Shown here piece after piece: positions 31,941-42,464 of a stretch of 64,000 nt of DNA. The stretch covers positions 3,744,001 through 3,808,000 of the forward strand of contig OZ244042.1 of NCBI GenBank assembly GCA_965215015.1, read 5' to 3'. Below the pieces are notes generated by a model. The model saw only the letters and a program-made list of their open reading frames with translations, searched no databases and was not told the DNA's origin. Origin of the DNA: Candidatus Poribacteria bacterium (lineage in GTDB: Bacteria > Poribacteria > WGA-4E > PCPOR2b). Made by a program: the position numbers and the translations under genes. Position 1 is the stretch's first letter. Every line of letters starts with the position of its first letter.

Positions 31941-32792
31941 ATGATTATTGATTCACACAGTCACGCCTGGCCGCGCTGGCCTTACCAACCCCCCGTCCCT
32001 GACAGCGAAAGTCGTGGCAGGATAGAGCAACTTCTCCACGAAATGGACCGTCATGGTGTTGATCAAGCCGTTCTGGTTTGTGCGCGAATTGATCATAACT
32101 CGGATAACAATGACTATATTTTTGAGTGTTCCAAACAGTATCCGGGTCGTATCATCCAATTCGCTGACGTTGATTGTTCGTGGACGGATACCTATCACAC
32201 CCCCGGTGCTGCGGATCGGCTTGCGGCGGCGGCGGATAGATACGCGCTGAAAGGGTATACGCATTATTTTAGAGGGGACGACGATGGCAGTTGGTTCTTT
32301 TCGACTGAGGGGCAGCGATTCTTTCAGACCACTGCGGATCGGGGCTTGATTGCTAGCCTCGCCATGGGGCCTCAACTACAGGCACCATTACGCCAATTGG
32401 CGGCCCAGTTCCCTTCTATCACCTTTCTCTGTCACCACATGGCTGGGGCAAGAGCTGGAGAGGCACCTCCCTATCCGAATTTGAAGGAGATTCTCGCGTC
32501 GGGGAACACACCGAATATCAATATCAAGATGTCAGGATTCGGGTATGTCTCCCAGGTCCCATGGGGCTATCCTTATTCGGATACCGGCTGGATTGTCCGC
32601 GCGCTCTATGAACATTTTGGCCCTGATCGCCTTTGCTGGGGGTCGGACTACCCTGTGGTGCGTTCCTACATGACCTACCAACACGCCCTTGAAGCCTTCC
32701 GCACCCACTGCACCTTCATCCCAGACGCCGACAAGGCGCGAATCCTTGGTGATTCCCTCAACAGGTTGCTGACTGTAGGACAGGGTGGTTAG
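31941..32792 (+). CDS. Amidohydrolase family protein
   Basis: IIDSHSHAW, CHH, IKMSG, FGPDRLCWGSDYP. Confidence 0.9.
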   Translation: MIIDSHSHAWPRWPYQPPVPDSESRGRIEQLLHEMDRHGVDQAVLVCARIDHNSDNNDYIFECSKQYPGRIIQFADVDCSWTDTYHTPGAADRLAAAADRYALKGYTHYFRGDDDGSWFFSTEGQRFFQTTADRGLIASLAMGPQLQAPLRQLAAQFPSITFLCHHMAGARAGEAPPYPNLKEILASGNTPNINIKMSGFGYVSQVPWGYPYSDTGWIVRALYEHFGPDRLCWGSDYPVVRSYMTYQHALEAFRTHCTFIPDADKARILGDSLNRLLTVGQGG

Positions 32793-32848
32793 TTCTCTTC
32801 CGTCAACCTTCTTTGGGAAAATCCGTTGGCTTTGGGGAAATTCCAATC

Positions 32849-33373
32849 ATGGCAGACGCTCTGGATCCGAAATTCCTCGCTGATGAAAATGTGGGCAAAC
32901 TTGGCAGGTGGCTGCGGATTTTAGGGTATGATGTCGCCTACCAATCTCCCGCTCTTGATGCTCAGCTCGCGCTTAAGGCGTTGCGTGAGAATCGGGTGAT
33001 TTTGACGCGCGATCGGGAATTTGTGCAACGTCGTATGGTTGAGCGGTACCTGCTGCTCACCAGCCAAGATCCGGTCGAGCAACTCAAGCAGGTCATCCAA
33101 GTGTTTCACTTAAAACTTGATTGCGATTCCTTCTTTACTCGTTGTCTCGGCTGCAATGCTCCTCTTCAATCTGTTCCCAAGGCGGAAGTGCGTTCTGCTG
33201 TCCCGGACTACGTCTATCGCACACAGGACCAATTTCATCGATGTTCAACCTGTAACCAGCTCTTTTGGGCGGGCAGCCATACGATCAATTTTCAGGAGTG
33301 GCTGAAGCGGGTGGGTAAGAACCCCACCCCTAGCCCAAGAACCTCACTCCTAACCCAAGAACCTCACCCCTAG
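32849..33373 (+). CDS. Mut7-C RNase domain (PIN-like plus Zn ribbon) protein
   Basis: FLADENVGKLGRWLRILGYD, LTRD, RCLGCN...CSTCNQLFWAGSH. Confidence 0.9.
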   Translation: MADALDPKFLADENVGKLGRWLRILGYDVAYQSPALDAQLALKALRENRVILTRDREFVQRRMVERYLLLTSQDPVEQLKQVIQVFHLKLDCDSFFTRCLGCNAPLQSVPKAEVRSAVPDYVYRTQDQFHRCSTCNQLFWAGSHTINFQEWLKRVGKNPTPSPRTSLLTQEPHP

Positions 33374-33893
33374 CCCAAGAACCCCACCCCTAGCCCCTCC
33401 CCGCAAGCGGGGAGGGGAAGAGGCCCGCAAGGAGGGTATTTAGTGGGGAGGGGCCATTCGACGCGCAATGAATTGCGCGACTACGAACTGAATTAAGGGA
33501 ATTTGCAGGCGGGGAGGGCAAGAGAATGCAGCCCCCCTCAGTCTCCCGCAAGTGGAGTGGAAAGAATGCGGGAGGGGGGCTACATTTGGGCGATTTTCCG
33601 AAATTGACGATATCTACAACATTGCGCGATAGAATACTAGACAATACGGGGCGATAGAATATCAGAGACTATGGGGCGATGATCTTGGCTTAATGGGCCC
33701 GGGACATTGCGCGCGGGTCGGGGTTCTTTGTCGAGATATGAATCTTGACCGACTTACAGTATTTGTTGAACGCTCAAAGCAACCTGACGCCTGATGAATC
33801 GGGCAACTACAGCAGGAACTCTATCAGGAAGCTGTAGGGAACAACCATCGGTGTAACCTACTGAAGCGCGTAACTCCTAACAGGTAATGGATT

Positions 33894-35015
33894 CTACACT
33901 TCGATAATTTCCACGTTTGCGCGCGGTAGGACAACCCTGTTTCCATCTTCCAGTTCAACCTCCAATACACGCACCTTTGCCTCCGTCTCAAGCTCTTGCA
34001 GTTCGACGGGTAGGGCAGACACGCGTCCCAATGCCCCGAAATAGGGTTCACGGATGATGCGGATTGGAGCACCGATATCGAGCGCGTCGCCTGCAATGCT
34101 TGTGTCAACTGTCTCTCCTTGTGTCTCGACGGGGATGATGATTTCTGGACGCACAACGCCGGCGCGAATCTGTGTGGCACCATTGATCGAAGCGGTCATG
34201 CCCTCCTGCGCTTTGAGCAGATTGAAGGTGCGCGCTGCCATACTTATCTCCCCGAACCCTTCCGTGACGACCAGTGTCAGGCCGAGCGACTCTGAACCTG
34301 TTATTGCGACCCCAAGCTCGTATCCCAACATGGCATGGAGATCGCTGTTGTGAATGCCGCCCACAATTATCCCTTTGACACCTTGCCGAATTGCCTCCTG
34401 AATTGCGTCGTTTCCGACGACAGCTCCGCCGCAGAGGATTTTATCTCGATGCGCGGATCGGATGAGATTTTTTGTCAATGGGGCGTCTGGAGAATTTACA
34501 ACGACTTCGAGCTTCCCAACCGTTTCCCCGCCGATGCCAAAAATTCCTTGGATGTATGTGCCATAGGTTTCTACGATGGCACCTTCGTTGGAGAGAATCT
34601 CGACAATTGATCCGGAGATATGCCCTCTGACATTAACAGGGATTGGTGCTTCACGAATGATTACCTGCCCTGTTACATCGGAGATGCTTTCAATCGTTCC
34701 CTCAATCGGGGCCCGTGCTTGTGACTTAAATAGCCCAAACAAGCCTTTTGTTTCGCCTATAATTTCGTCCTTTCCGATAGGTTCTCCCTCACTTTTGAGC
34801 ATGTAGTCTCTTATGTCTTCGGTGGGGATACTCAATAAATTTGCGATATTCACCAGTTGAACGTTCCCCGGCAGAGATGCTCTTGCGACCACATGCTCTG
34901 CATCGATGTTATCCCCCACGTGGACAGTGACCTCTCCCTCGATTGGGAGTCGGCGTTCATTGCGTATAGTTATGCCCGCTGCGACTTTGAGTCCGGGGGT
35001 GTAGGCATGTGCCAT
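33894..35015 (-). CDS. Conserved hypothetical protein
   Basis: 373 aa with plausible composition; motifs QGIFGIGGE, TEGFG, QIRAGVVRPEI; KOW-like C-terminus. Confidence 0.75.
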   Translation of the reverse strand: MAHAYTPGLKVAAGITIRNERRLPIEGEVTVHVGDNIDAEHVVARASLPGNVQLVNIANLLSIPTEDIRDYMLKSEGEPIGKDEIIGETKGLFGLFKSQARAPIEGTIESISDVTGQVIIREAPIPVNVRGHISGSIVEILSNEGAIVETYGTYIQGIFGIGGETVGKLEVVVNSPDAPLTKNLIRSAHRDKILCGGAVVGNDAIQEAIRQGVKGIIVGGIHNSDLHAMLGYELGVAITGSESLGLTLVVTEGFGEISMAARTFNLLKAQEGMTASINGATQIRAGVVRPEIIIPVETQGETVDTSIAGDALDIGAPIRIIREPYFGALGRVSALPVELQELETEAKVRVLEVELEDGNRVVLPRANVEIIEV

Positions 35016-35423
35016 AAATTCGCCCTTTCAAAAACCTGTTAGGAGTTACGCAGTTGAACGTTCAAAGTCAGTCGGTCAAGGTTTATATCTCGATACAAGC
35101 CTGTCTGCCAAAATTGACCGACACATTGAAAACGCTCGGAATGGAGATCGGTGCAATTGAGCAAATGTCAACAGAACTAGCAAGCACTCGGTTTCTTTTT
35201 GGTTACGGCATACGGCGTATGCCTACTACTTTCAAGGATTGTGTTTTAATTCGTTGTAGAACGGACTTAATGATAGCAAACTTCTTTCCAAAAGGCAATG
35301 TAAATCAAAAAGGCAACAAAGATGTTGACAACATAATCCCCCGCCATTATAATGACGGGCAAATGCTCATCGTAATTGGTATCTTCATCGCCAACCATCT
35401 GATTTCTTGACTGGAGACGTTTT

Positions 35424-36908
35424 ATGAATGCAACCGCCGAAATCCTGAAGGGTAACAACCCTATGAAGGTGGAGCAAATTTTTGGACCTAACATCAAGCC
35501 TTATGAGGTCCTTGAGTTTGAATCAATGCTGCGGTATGAGGATTTTCAGATTTTTGGCGAATACGGACTTAAAAAAAATGGACAGGTCATTATTACCAGA
35601 GCCCCCGCGCGGTTAGATGTGATGGGCGGCATTGCGGTGCACTGTGGTGGCAACGTTCTGGGATTGCCCCTTGAGCGTTCCGCTGTTGTCGGTTGTCAGG
35701 CGAGGGTGGACCGCCGGTTGAGTGCTTTAAGTTTTGAGGCACCGGTACAGGGGGATCAAGCCGCCGGGGAGCTTTCCATTGACGATTTCTACACAGATGG
35801 GAATCTAAAGTCTTACGAAGAGGTTCAATCACTTTTCGCGCACAATCGACACACCGCATGGACAGGGTATGTCCTTGGCGGTTTTTTCGTGCTCCTGAAA
35901 GAGGGGGTAGTTGATTGTTTGCCGCACGGCGCAGCGATTGTTATTCGGAGCAATATCCCGGTGGAGGCAGGAATCGGTTCCTCCGCAGCGATCACCGTTG
36001 CAACGCTGACAGCGATTAACCATCTATATGAACTCAACTTGGGTGCGCTAGACATCGCTCGGATCGGGCAGATTGTCGAGAACCGTATTGTCGGTGTGCC
36101 GTGCGGTGCCATGGATACGATTGCCGTCGTCGCCGGCCAGCGGGACCGCCTGCTTTCGATCCACTGTCAACCGTATCAGATGGTTGAAACTGTCCCTCTC
36201 CCCCTGAATACCAGATTAATCGGGATCCACAGCAAAGCGAGATGGCGTCCATCCAATTCGGCCTATATTGATGCGCGTACCGCAGCGTTTATGGGCTTGA
36301 CAATTCTCCAGAGGACCCTCAATCTGGAGGAGCTGCGCGATAACTATCTGTGTCGGTTATCTGTTAGAGATTTCCGTCAAAAGTGCTGGCAGGTTTTACC
36401 GGCGCGGCTGAAGGGGGAAGATTTCATCCATCGCTACGGTAAGACGGTCGATCCGCTGACAAAAGTTGAACCTCAAAAAGTGTACGCTGTGCGCAGCCGC
36501 GTCGAACATCCGATTTACGAACATGTCCGTGTGGGACGCTTTATCGAACATCTCAAAAAGGCGAATGCCAATCTGCGTCACCTTCATCACCATCTCATGG
36601 AAGCCGGAAAACTGATGTATGCCTCGGATTGGAGTGGTCGTTTCCGTGCTGGCCTTGGCTTGCCCGAAATTGAGCAGCTTGTTCGGTCTATTCGGACGGT
36701 CGGGGTCCGGGGTGGCTTCTACGGCGCGAAAATTACCAGCAGTGGCAGCACTGTTGCGGTGCTCTGCCATGGTGATGTTTCTAACGCGATGATCCAGATT
36801 CTTTCTGCGTATAAATTGGCATGGGGGCTCGATGCGGAATTGTTCAGCGGTTCATCGCCGGGTGCGTTTGAGCTTGGGCACGTGGTCTTGCGGCTCAGCA
36901 AGGAGTAG
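35424..36908 (+). CDS. GHMP kinase (galactokinase/arabinokinase-like)
   Basis: RAPARLDVMGG, PVEAGIGSSAA, PCGAMD, YGAKIT. Confidence 0.85.
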   Translation: MNATAEILKGNNPMKVEQIFGPNIKPYEVLEFESMLRYEDFQIFGEYGLKKNGQVIITRAPARLDVMGGIAVHCGGNVLGLPLERSAVVGCQARVDRRLSALSFEAPVQGDQAAGELSIDDFYTDGNLKSYEEVQSLFAHNRHTAWTGYVLGGFFVLLKEGVVDCLPHGAAIVIRSNIPVEAGIGSSAAITVATLTAINHLYELNLGALDIARIGQIVENRIVGVPCGAMDTIAVVAGQRDRLLSIHCQPYQMVETVPLPLNTRLIGIHSKARWRPSNSAYIDARTAAFMGLTILQRTLNLEELRDNYLCRLSVRDFRQKCWQVLPARLKGEDFIHRYGKTVDPLTKVEPQKVYAVRSRVEHPIYEHVRVGRFIEHLKKANANLRHLHHHLMEAGKLMYASDWSGRFRAGLGLPEIEQLVRSIRTVGVRGGFYGAKITSSGSTVAVLCHGDVSNAMIQILSAYKLAWGLDAELFSGSSPGAFELGHVVLRLSKE

Positions 36909-36945
36909 GCGGGTCTCCGTGCCATGAATTGCACGACTACGAACT

Positions 36946-37876
36946 GTGAAGCCTAAAAACCACGCGCAATGAATTGCGCTACTACGAACCGCGACTACGA
37001 ACTGAATTAAGGGAATTTGCAAGTAGGGGGGGCAGATCTCGCCGCAAGGAGTGAGGGGGCATTGGTTGCTAGGTGAAGCCTAAAACCCACGCGCAATGAA
37101 TTGCGCTACTACGAACCGCGACTACGAACTGAATTAAGGGAATTTGCAAGTAGGGGGGCAGATCTCGCCGCAAGGCGTGAGGGGGCATTGGTTGTTAGCT
37201 GAAAACTAAAAACCACGCGCAATGAATTGCGCTACTACGAACCGCTACTACGAACTGAATTAAGGGAATTTGCAAGTAGGGGGCAGAGCTCGCCGCAAGG
37301 CGTGAGGGAGCATTGGTTGTTAGCTGAAAACTAAAAACCACGCGCCTGGATATGAATTGCGCTACTACGAACCACGACTATGAACTGAATTAAGGGAATT
37401 TGCAAGTAGGGGGGCAGAGCTCGCCGCAAGGCGTGAGGGAGCATTGGTTGTTAGGTGAAACCTAAAACCCACGCGCAATGAATTGCGCTACTACGAACCG
37501 CGACTACGAACTGAATTAAGGGCATTTGCAAGTAGGGGGGGCAGATCTCGCCGCAAGGAGTGAGGGGGCATTGGTTGCTAGGTGAAGCCTAAAACCCACG
37601 CGCAATGAATTGCGCTACTACGAACCGCGACTACGAACTGAATTAAGGGCATTTGCAAGTAGGGGGGGCAGATCTCGCCGCAAGGAGTGAGGGGGCATTG
37701 GTTGTTAGGTGAAACCTAAAAACCACGCGCAACGAATTGCGCTACTACGAACCGCGACTACGAACTGAATTAAGGGCATTTGCAAGTAGGGGGGGCAGAT
37801 CTCGCCGCAAGGAGTGAGGGGGCATTGGTTGCTAGGTGAAGCCTAAAAACCACGCGCAATAAATTGCGCTACTACG
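36946..37876. repeat. Tandem array of ~127-bp units (7 full plus 1 partial)
   Basis: Unit AAACCACGCGCAATGAATTGCGCTACTACGAAC...CTCGCCGCAAGGAGTGAGGGGGCATTGGTTG; starts near 36946, 37073, 37199, 37325, 37455, 37582, 37709, 37836. Confidence 0.92.
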
Positions 37877-38150
37877 AGCGGGAGGATTTGCTGGTGGGAG
37901 AGGGTGCAAGCGGCGGGGAAAGCCCCCCAAGCCCCCCCACCCCCCGCAAGTGGGGCGGGCCCATTCTACGCGCGATGAATTGGGCGACTACGAACTGGGA
38001 GATAACTTGGGACTCAGCAGGGGGTAGGAGGGGCTCTGCTGTTGCAAAGTGTATTGAATGCAGTAGATACGAATTTTCTATTTTTTACGCGAAGCCGCAG
38101 AGCAATTATGGTGAATTATTACCCTTTCCTGTTTTACTCTTGGAGTTAAA

Positions 38151-40958
38151 ATGACCGTTTACCGACGTAAACTGATTGAAGTAGACCTACCGTTAGACGA
38201 CATCAACCGCGAATCCGCCCGTGAGAAGTCCATCCGGCACGGCCATCCCTCCACATTGCATCTATGGTGGTCGCGTAAGCCACTGGCTGCTTGCCGCGCA
38301 GTCATCTTTGCTAGCATGGTGGACGACCCCTCCCACTGCCCCGAGGAGTTCCCCACCGACCACGAGCAACGTGCCGAACGGGAACGACTCCACGATATCA
38401 TCCGTCAGCTCGTCAAATGGGAGAGCACCAATGAGAGCCAGCTGGGTGTGAAAACCCTCTTAGCAAACGCACGCTACGAAATTGCCCGATCGGTGGCGCG
38501 TTCCCGAGGAGAAACAGCACCCACTGACCCTGTTGAAGTGTTGAAATACCTGCACGACCATACGCTGCCGATATATGACCCCTTCGCCGGTGGGGGTTCT
38601 ATCCCCCTCGAAGCACAACGGCTTGGACTGAAGGCTGTTGCTTCAGACCTCAATCCGGTGGCAGTCCTCATCAACAAGGCGTTGATTGAGATACCGCCCA
38701 AGTTTCAGCATCTGCCTCCGGTCAATCCCGAAGCGGACACCCTCGGTATATCTACGGGCAGAGGCAGAAACGCGCGGCGCGTCCCTTGGCGCGGTACGTC
38801 CGGCCTTGCAGACGACATTCGCTACTACGGGGCATGGATGCGTGAGGAGGCGTTTAAGCGGATTGGCCATCTTTACCCGAAGGCGAAACTGTCCGATGGC
38901 AGTGATGCGACTGTGATTGCGTGGCTTTGGGCGCGGACAGTCCCTTGTCCCAATCCCGCCTGCGGTGTCCAGATGCCTCTCAAAACTACTTTTCAGGTAT
39001 CAAAAAAACGCACCCACCAACACTGGATTAGACCTGTCGTTGACTATGAGTCGAAGCGTGTCTCCTTTGTCGTGCAGGACCACAGCGGTGATGTCCCCGA
39101 AGGTGGCACGGTGAACCGCCACGGTGCCGTCTGTATCGCCTGCAACAGCGCGGCTCCGTTGTCTTATGTCCGTGAGCAGGCGAGGGTTGGCAACATGAGC
39201 GAGCAGATGACTGCCATCGTCGCTGAGGGGGATCGCAGGCGGCTCTATGTATCACCGACCGACGAACATATCAAGATCGCAATATCTGCCGAACCCGCGT
39301 GGCGACCGTCCCAAGCAATGCCAAATACGCCGACTTTGGTAAGTGGACGGGGTTTTGGTATTACCCATTGGCATCAACTTTTTACCAAACGTCAACTTCT
39401 CGCAATAGCCACATTCAGCGACTTGATTGTAGATGTTCTCCAAATGGTAAGGCAAGAGAGCGGAAACGACGAATACGCCGATGCGCTCTGCACATACCTT
39501 GCGCTTGTTGTTGGCAGAATAGCGGACAGCAGTTGCAGTTATGCAACTTGGATAGACGGGGGTGAATTTGTCGGCCACGTTTTCACGCGCCAAGCAATTC
39601 CGATGGTTTGGGATTTCGCGGAGGTGAATATCTTCTCTACTTCAACCCAGAACTGGACGAGTCAAATTGAGTGGGTCGCAAAAGTTGTCGAGCGATTGCC
39701 CGCAGCTGCGAACAGCGGTGCTGTGCATCAGGCGGATGCCTCCACCACTATCCACGCCCAAGATGGGCCGGTCATCGTCACCGACCCGCCCTACTACGAC
39801 AACATCGACTATGCTGACTTGTCCGATTTCTTCTATGTTTGGCTGCGTCCCCTACTCCGCGATGTTTACCCGGACCTGTTCGCCGGTATCCTGACCCCCA
39901 AAGCTGAGGAGATAACAGCTATTCCATCCCGATTTGATGACCCCCGGCAGCGATTTGAGGACCTGCTGAACAAGACACTCCAGTTAATACGAGACCGATG
40001 CAGCCCGGAGTTCCCGTCCTCCATCTTCTACGCCTACAAACAACAGGAGGAGGAGCGGGATGGTAGAGCGTCCACCGGCTGGGAGACGATGCTGAGTTCT
40101 ATCGTGTCAGCGGGTTTCGAGATAGTCGGCACCTGGCCTATGCGTACTGAGCGTTCCGCGAGATCAAACGCCTTGAGCACTAACTCACTAGCATCGTCTA
40201 TTGTGCTGGTCTGTCGCCCCCGTCCCCGTGATGCCCCCGCCGCAACGCGCCGTCAATTTTTCAACGCACTTGACAAAGAACTGCCTGCAGCACTCGACCA
40301 ACTGACGCGAAAAGGGCACATCGCCCCGACGGATCTGGCACAAGCCGCTATCGGCCCGGGGATGCAGATTTACTCCCGTTACAGTCGTGTAGAGACTATC
40401 AGCGGCAAGTCGGTGTTGGTGCGGGAGGCGTTGGCAGCAATCAACCGCGCTATCGCCGATTACGACGAGCGTCAGGAGGGGGATCTGGATTTGGAGAGCC
40501 GGTTCTGTCTCGCCTGGCTCAAGCAGCATGGGTATGCGGAGGGCCCCTACGGCGACGCGGAGACGCTGGCACGCGCCAAGAATGTCACCATCAGGGGGTT
40601 GCAGGACTCTAACGGTCTACTCACCGCCAAAGGGGGGTGGGTCAAGCTACTGCCGCTCGATGCGTTTTCTGAAAGCGAGGAGTTGCCCCTCGACGCCACG
40701 ACAGCGTGGGCGGGTTGTTTCCGGATGGCATACCACCTGAACCGTGAGGATGGTAGGGGTGTTGAAGGCGCAGCGCATGTCGGCAGGGAGATGAGGGGCA
40801 ACGTTGAGTCAGTTGAGCGGCTGGCACGCGTCCTCTACAACCACTATGACCGCACGGGGGATTCCCAGAACGCTGTTATTTTCAATAACCTCGTCACGGA
40901 GTGGCAACAGATTCAGAAGCAGATGGGAGCGGACAGACAGATCGACATGCAGTTTTAG
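38151..40958 (+). CDS. DUF1156-domain adenine DNA methyltransferase
   Basis: KLIEVDLPL..REKSIRHGHPSTLHLWWSRKPLAA, DPFAGGGSIP, TDPPYYDN, Zn-finger CPNPACG/CIAC. Confidence 0.9.
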   Translation: MTVYRRKLIEVDLPLDDINRESAREKSIRHGHPSTLHLWWSRKPLAACRAVIFASMVDDPSHCPEEFPTDHEQRAERERLHDIIRQLVKWESTNESQLGVKTLLANARYEIARSVARSRGETAPTDPVEVLKYLHDHTLPIYDPFAGGGSIPLEAQRLGLKAVASDLNPVAVLINKALIEIPPKFQHLPPVNPEADTLGISTGRGRNARRVPWRGTSGLADDIRYYGAWMREEAFKRIGHLYPKAKLSDGSDATVIAWLWARTVPCPNPACGVQMPLKTTFQVSKKRTHQHWIRPVVDYESKRVSFVVQDHSGDVPEGGTVNRHGAVCIACNSAAPLSYVREQARVGNMSEQMTAIVAEGDRRRLYVSPTDEHIKIAISAEPAWRPSQAMPNTPTLVSGRGFGITHWHQLFTKRQLLAIATFSDLIVDVLQMVRQESGNDEYADALCTYLALVVGRIADSSCSYATWIDGGEFVGHVFTRQAIPMVWDFAEVNIFSTSTQNWTSQIEWVAKVVERLPAAANSGAVHQADASTTIHAQDGPVIVTDPPYYDNIDYADLSDFFYVWLRPLLRDVYPDLFAGILTPKAEEITAIPSRFDDPRQRFEDLLNKTLQLIRDRCSPEFPSSIFYAYKQQEEERDGRASTGWETMLSSIVSAGFEIVGTWPMRTERSARSNALSTNSLASSIVLVCRPRPRDAPAATRRQFFNALDKELPAALDQLTRKGHIAPTDLAQAAIGPGMQIYSRYSRVETISGKSVLVREALAAINRAIADYDERQEGDLDLESRFCLAWLKQHGYAEGPYGDAETLARAKNVTIRGLQDSNGLLTAKGGWVKLLPLDAFSESEELPLDATTAWAGCFRMAYHLNREDGRGVEGAAHVGREMRGNVESVERLARVLYNHYDRTGDSQNAVIFNNLVTEWQQIQKQMGADRQIDMQF

Positions 40959-41173
40959 GGGAAGAGCTCCCCGCAAGGTGGGAGGGGGCATTCCACAGTT
41001 TGTTAGGTGCAACTTAACAGCGACGCGCAATGAATTGCGCGACTACGAACCGCTCTCGATCTACAGTCTATTTAACCCTTTTTGACCCAATGCACGGTTC
41101 ATCGGCTGCCGCGGATACCCCATCGCGGACAAAGATTTCACGACGCGACATAGATTGTTAGTATCCGGATTCA

Positions 41174-42346
41174 ATGGAACCCCTGTCCCTCTTTAGTGAT
41201 ATTATGGTTGACGCCCCTGCTACGGAAGGGGTAAAGTATGCCGGCTCAAAGCTGAAACTCCTTCCTCATATATTGCAACTGGCAAAGCAGACGGATGCCA
41301 AAACCGTCCTAGATGGTTTCTCTGGAACGACGCGGGTATCCCAAGCGTTTGCCAAAACAGGTTATCGCGTGCTTTGTAACGACATCGCTCCATGGTCTGA
41401 GGTGTTTGGGGTATGCTATCTTCTCAACGATAAGAAAAAAGCGGATTATGTTGAACTGATCAAACATCTCAACGTATTGCCTCCCAAAGATGGCTGGTTC
41501 ACATCGCACTATGGAGGGGAGCCGACATCGGTGCGGGCAGATGGGCTCAAGAAACCGTGGCAGATCCATAACACGCGGAAGTTAGATGCGATACGGGAGG
41601 AGATTGATCGGCTTGCCCTGACGAAAGTTGAAAGGGCAGTCGCGCTCACCAGTCTCATTCTCGCTCTTGATCGGGTTGATAGTACCCTTGGGCATTTTGC
41701 TTCGTACCTCAAGGAGTGGTCGCCCCGATCGTTTAATGCCTTGACCCTTGCGGTGCCAAATCTCTTTTGCACTGGCGTACCCCACGAGGTTTCGCGTCGG
41801 GACATCTTTGAGCTGGTAAACGATAGAGCTGTTGATCTGGCGTACTATGATCCACCGTACGGGTCTAATAATGAGAAGATGCCTCCCTCCAGAGTTAGGT
41901 ACTCCTCATATTATCACCTCTGGTCAACGGTATGCCTTAACGATAAACCGGAGCTGTTTGGTAAGGCGTTGCGCCGCAAGGATACGTCGGATACCTTGGC
42001 TGCGTCTGTGTTTGAGGAATACCGCAGAAACGGTCGTACGAGACGCTTTATCGCGGTTGAGGCTATTGAGCGGTTGATTCGGAATACTCGTGCTCGGTGG
42101 ATTATCCTCTCTTACAGCTCGGGGGGACGTGCAACCGCTGGCGAACTCGATGAAATCCTTCGGGGAAACGGCACTCTGGTTGAAGCTATTGAGATAGATT
42201 GTAAGCGAAATGTAATGGCAGAGATGAAATCGACTCATGATTGGGTGCGGAGTGCCGATGTGCCGAATCAAGAATTCCTTTTTTTAATCGAAACAAACAC
42301 CGGAAGTTCGTGTCAAAAGAGGGTGCAAAACGGGCAGAAAAGCTGA
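41174..42346 (+). CDS. D12-class (FokI/Dam-like) DNA adenine methyltransferase
   Basis: YAGSKLKL, DGFSGT, YYDPPY, LSYS. Confidence 0.88.
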   Translation: MEPLSLFSDIMVDAPATEGVKYAGSKLKLLPHILQLAKQTDAKTVLDGFSGTTRVSQAFAKTGYRVLCNDIAPWSEVFGVCYLLNDKKKADYVELIKHLNVLPPKDGWFTSHYGGEPTSVRADGLKKPWQIHNTRKLDAIREEIDRLALTKVERAVALTSLILALDRVDSTLGHFASYLKEWSPRSFNALTLAVPNLFCTGVPHEVSRRDIFELVNDRAVDLAYYDPPYGSNNEKMPPSRVRYSSYYHLWSTVCLNDKPELFGKALRRKDTSDTLAASVFEEYRRNGRTRRFIAVEAIERLIRNTRARWIILSYSSGGRATAGELDEILRGNGTLVEAIEIDCKRNVMAEMKSTHDWVRSADVPNQEFLFLIETNTGSSCQKRVQNGQKS

Positions 42347-42464
42347 GCCCCCTCTAATTCTCCACAGGCGGCCATCGCCCTGCCTCCCGCAGATGGGAGG
42401 AGAAAAGGGGACTGTTGCACGATTTTTTAACGTGAGCTACACCGCAAATCAGGGAGGTATATGA

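Noticed and set aside
35054-35410. 118-aa ORF upstream of the GHMP kinase
   Set aside because: Spans repeat modules and has no recognisable motif or RBS
36946-37876. CRISPR interpretation of the 127-bp array
   Set aside because: The whole unit repeats; there are no unique spacers
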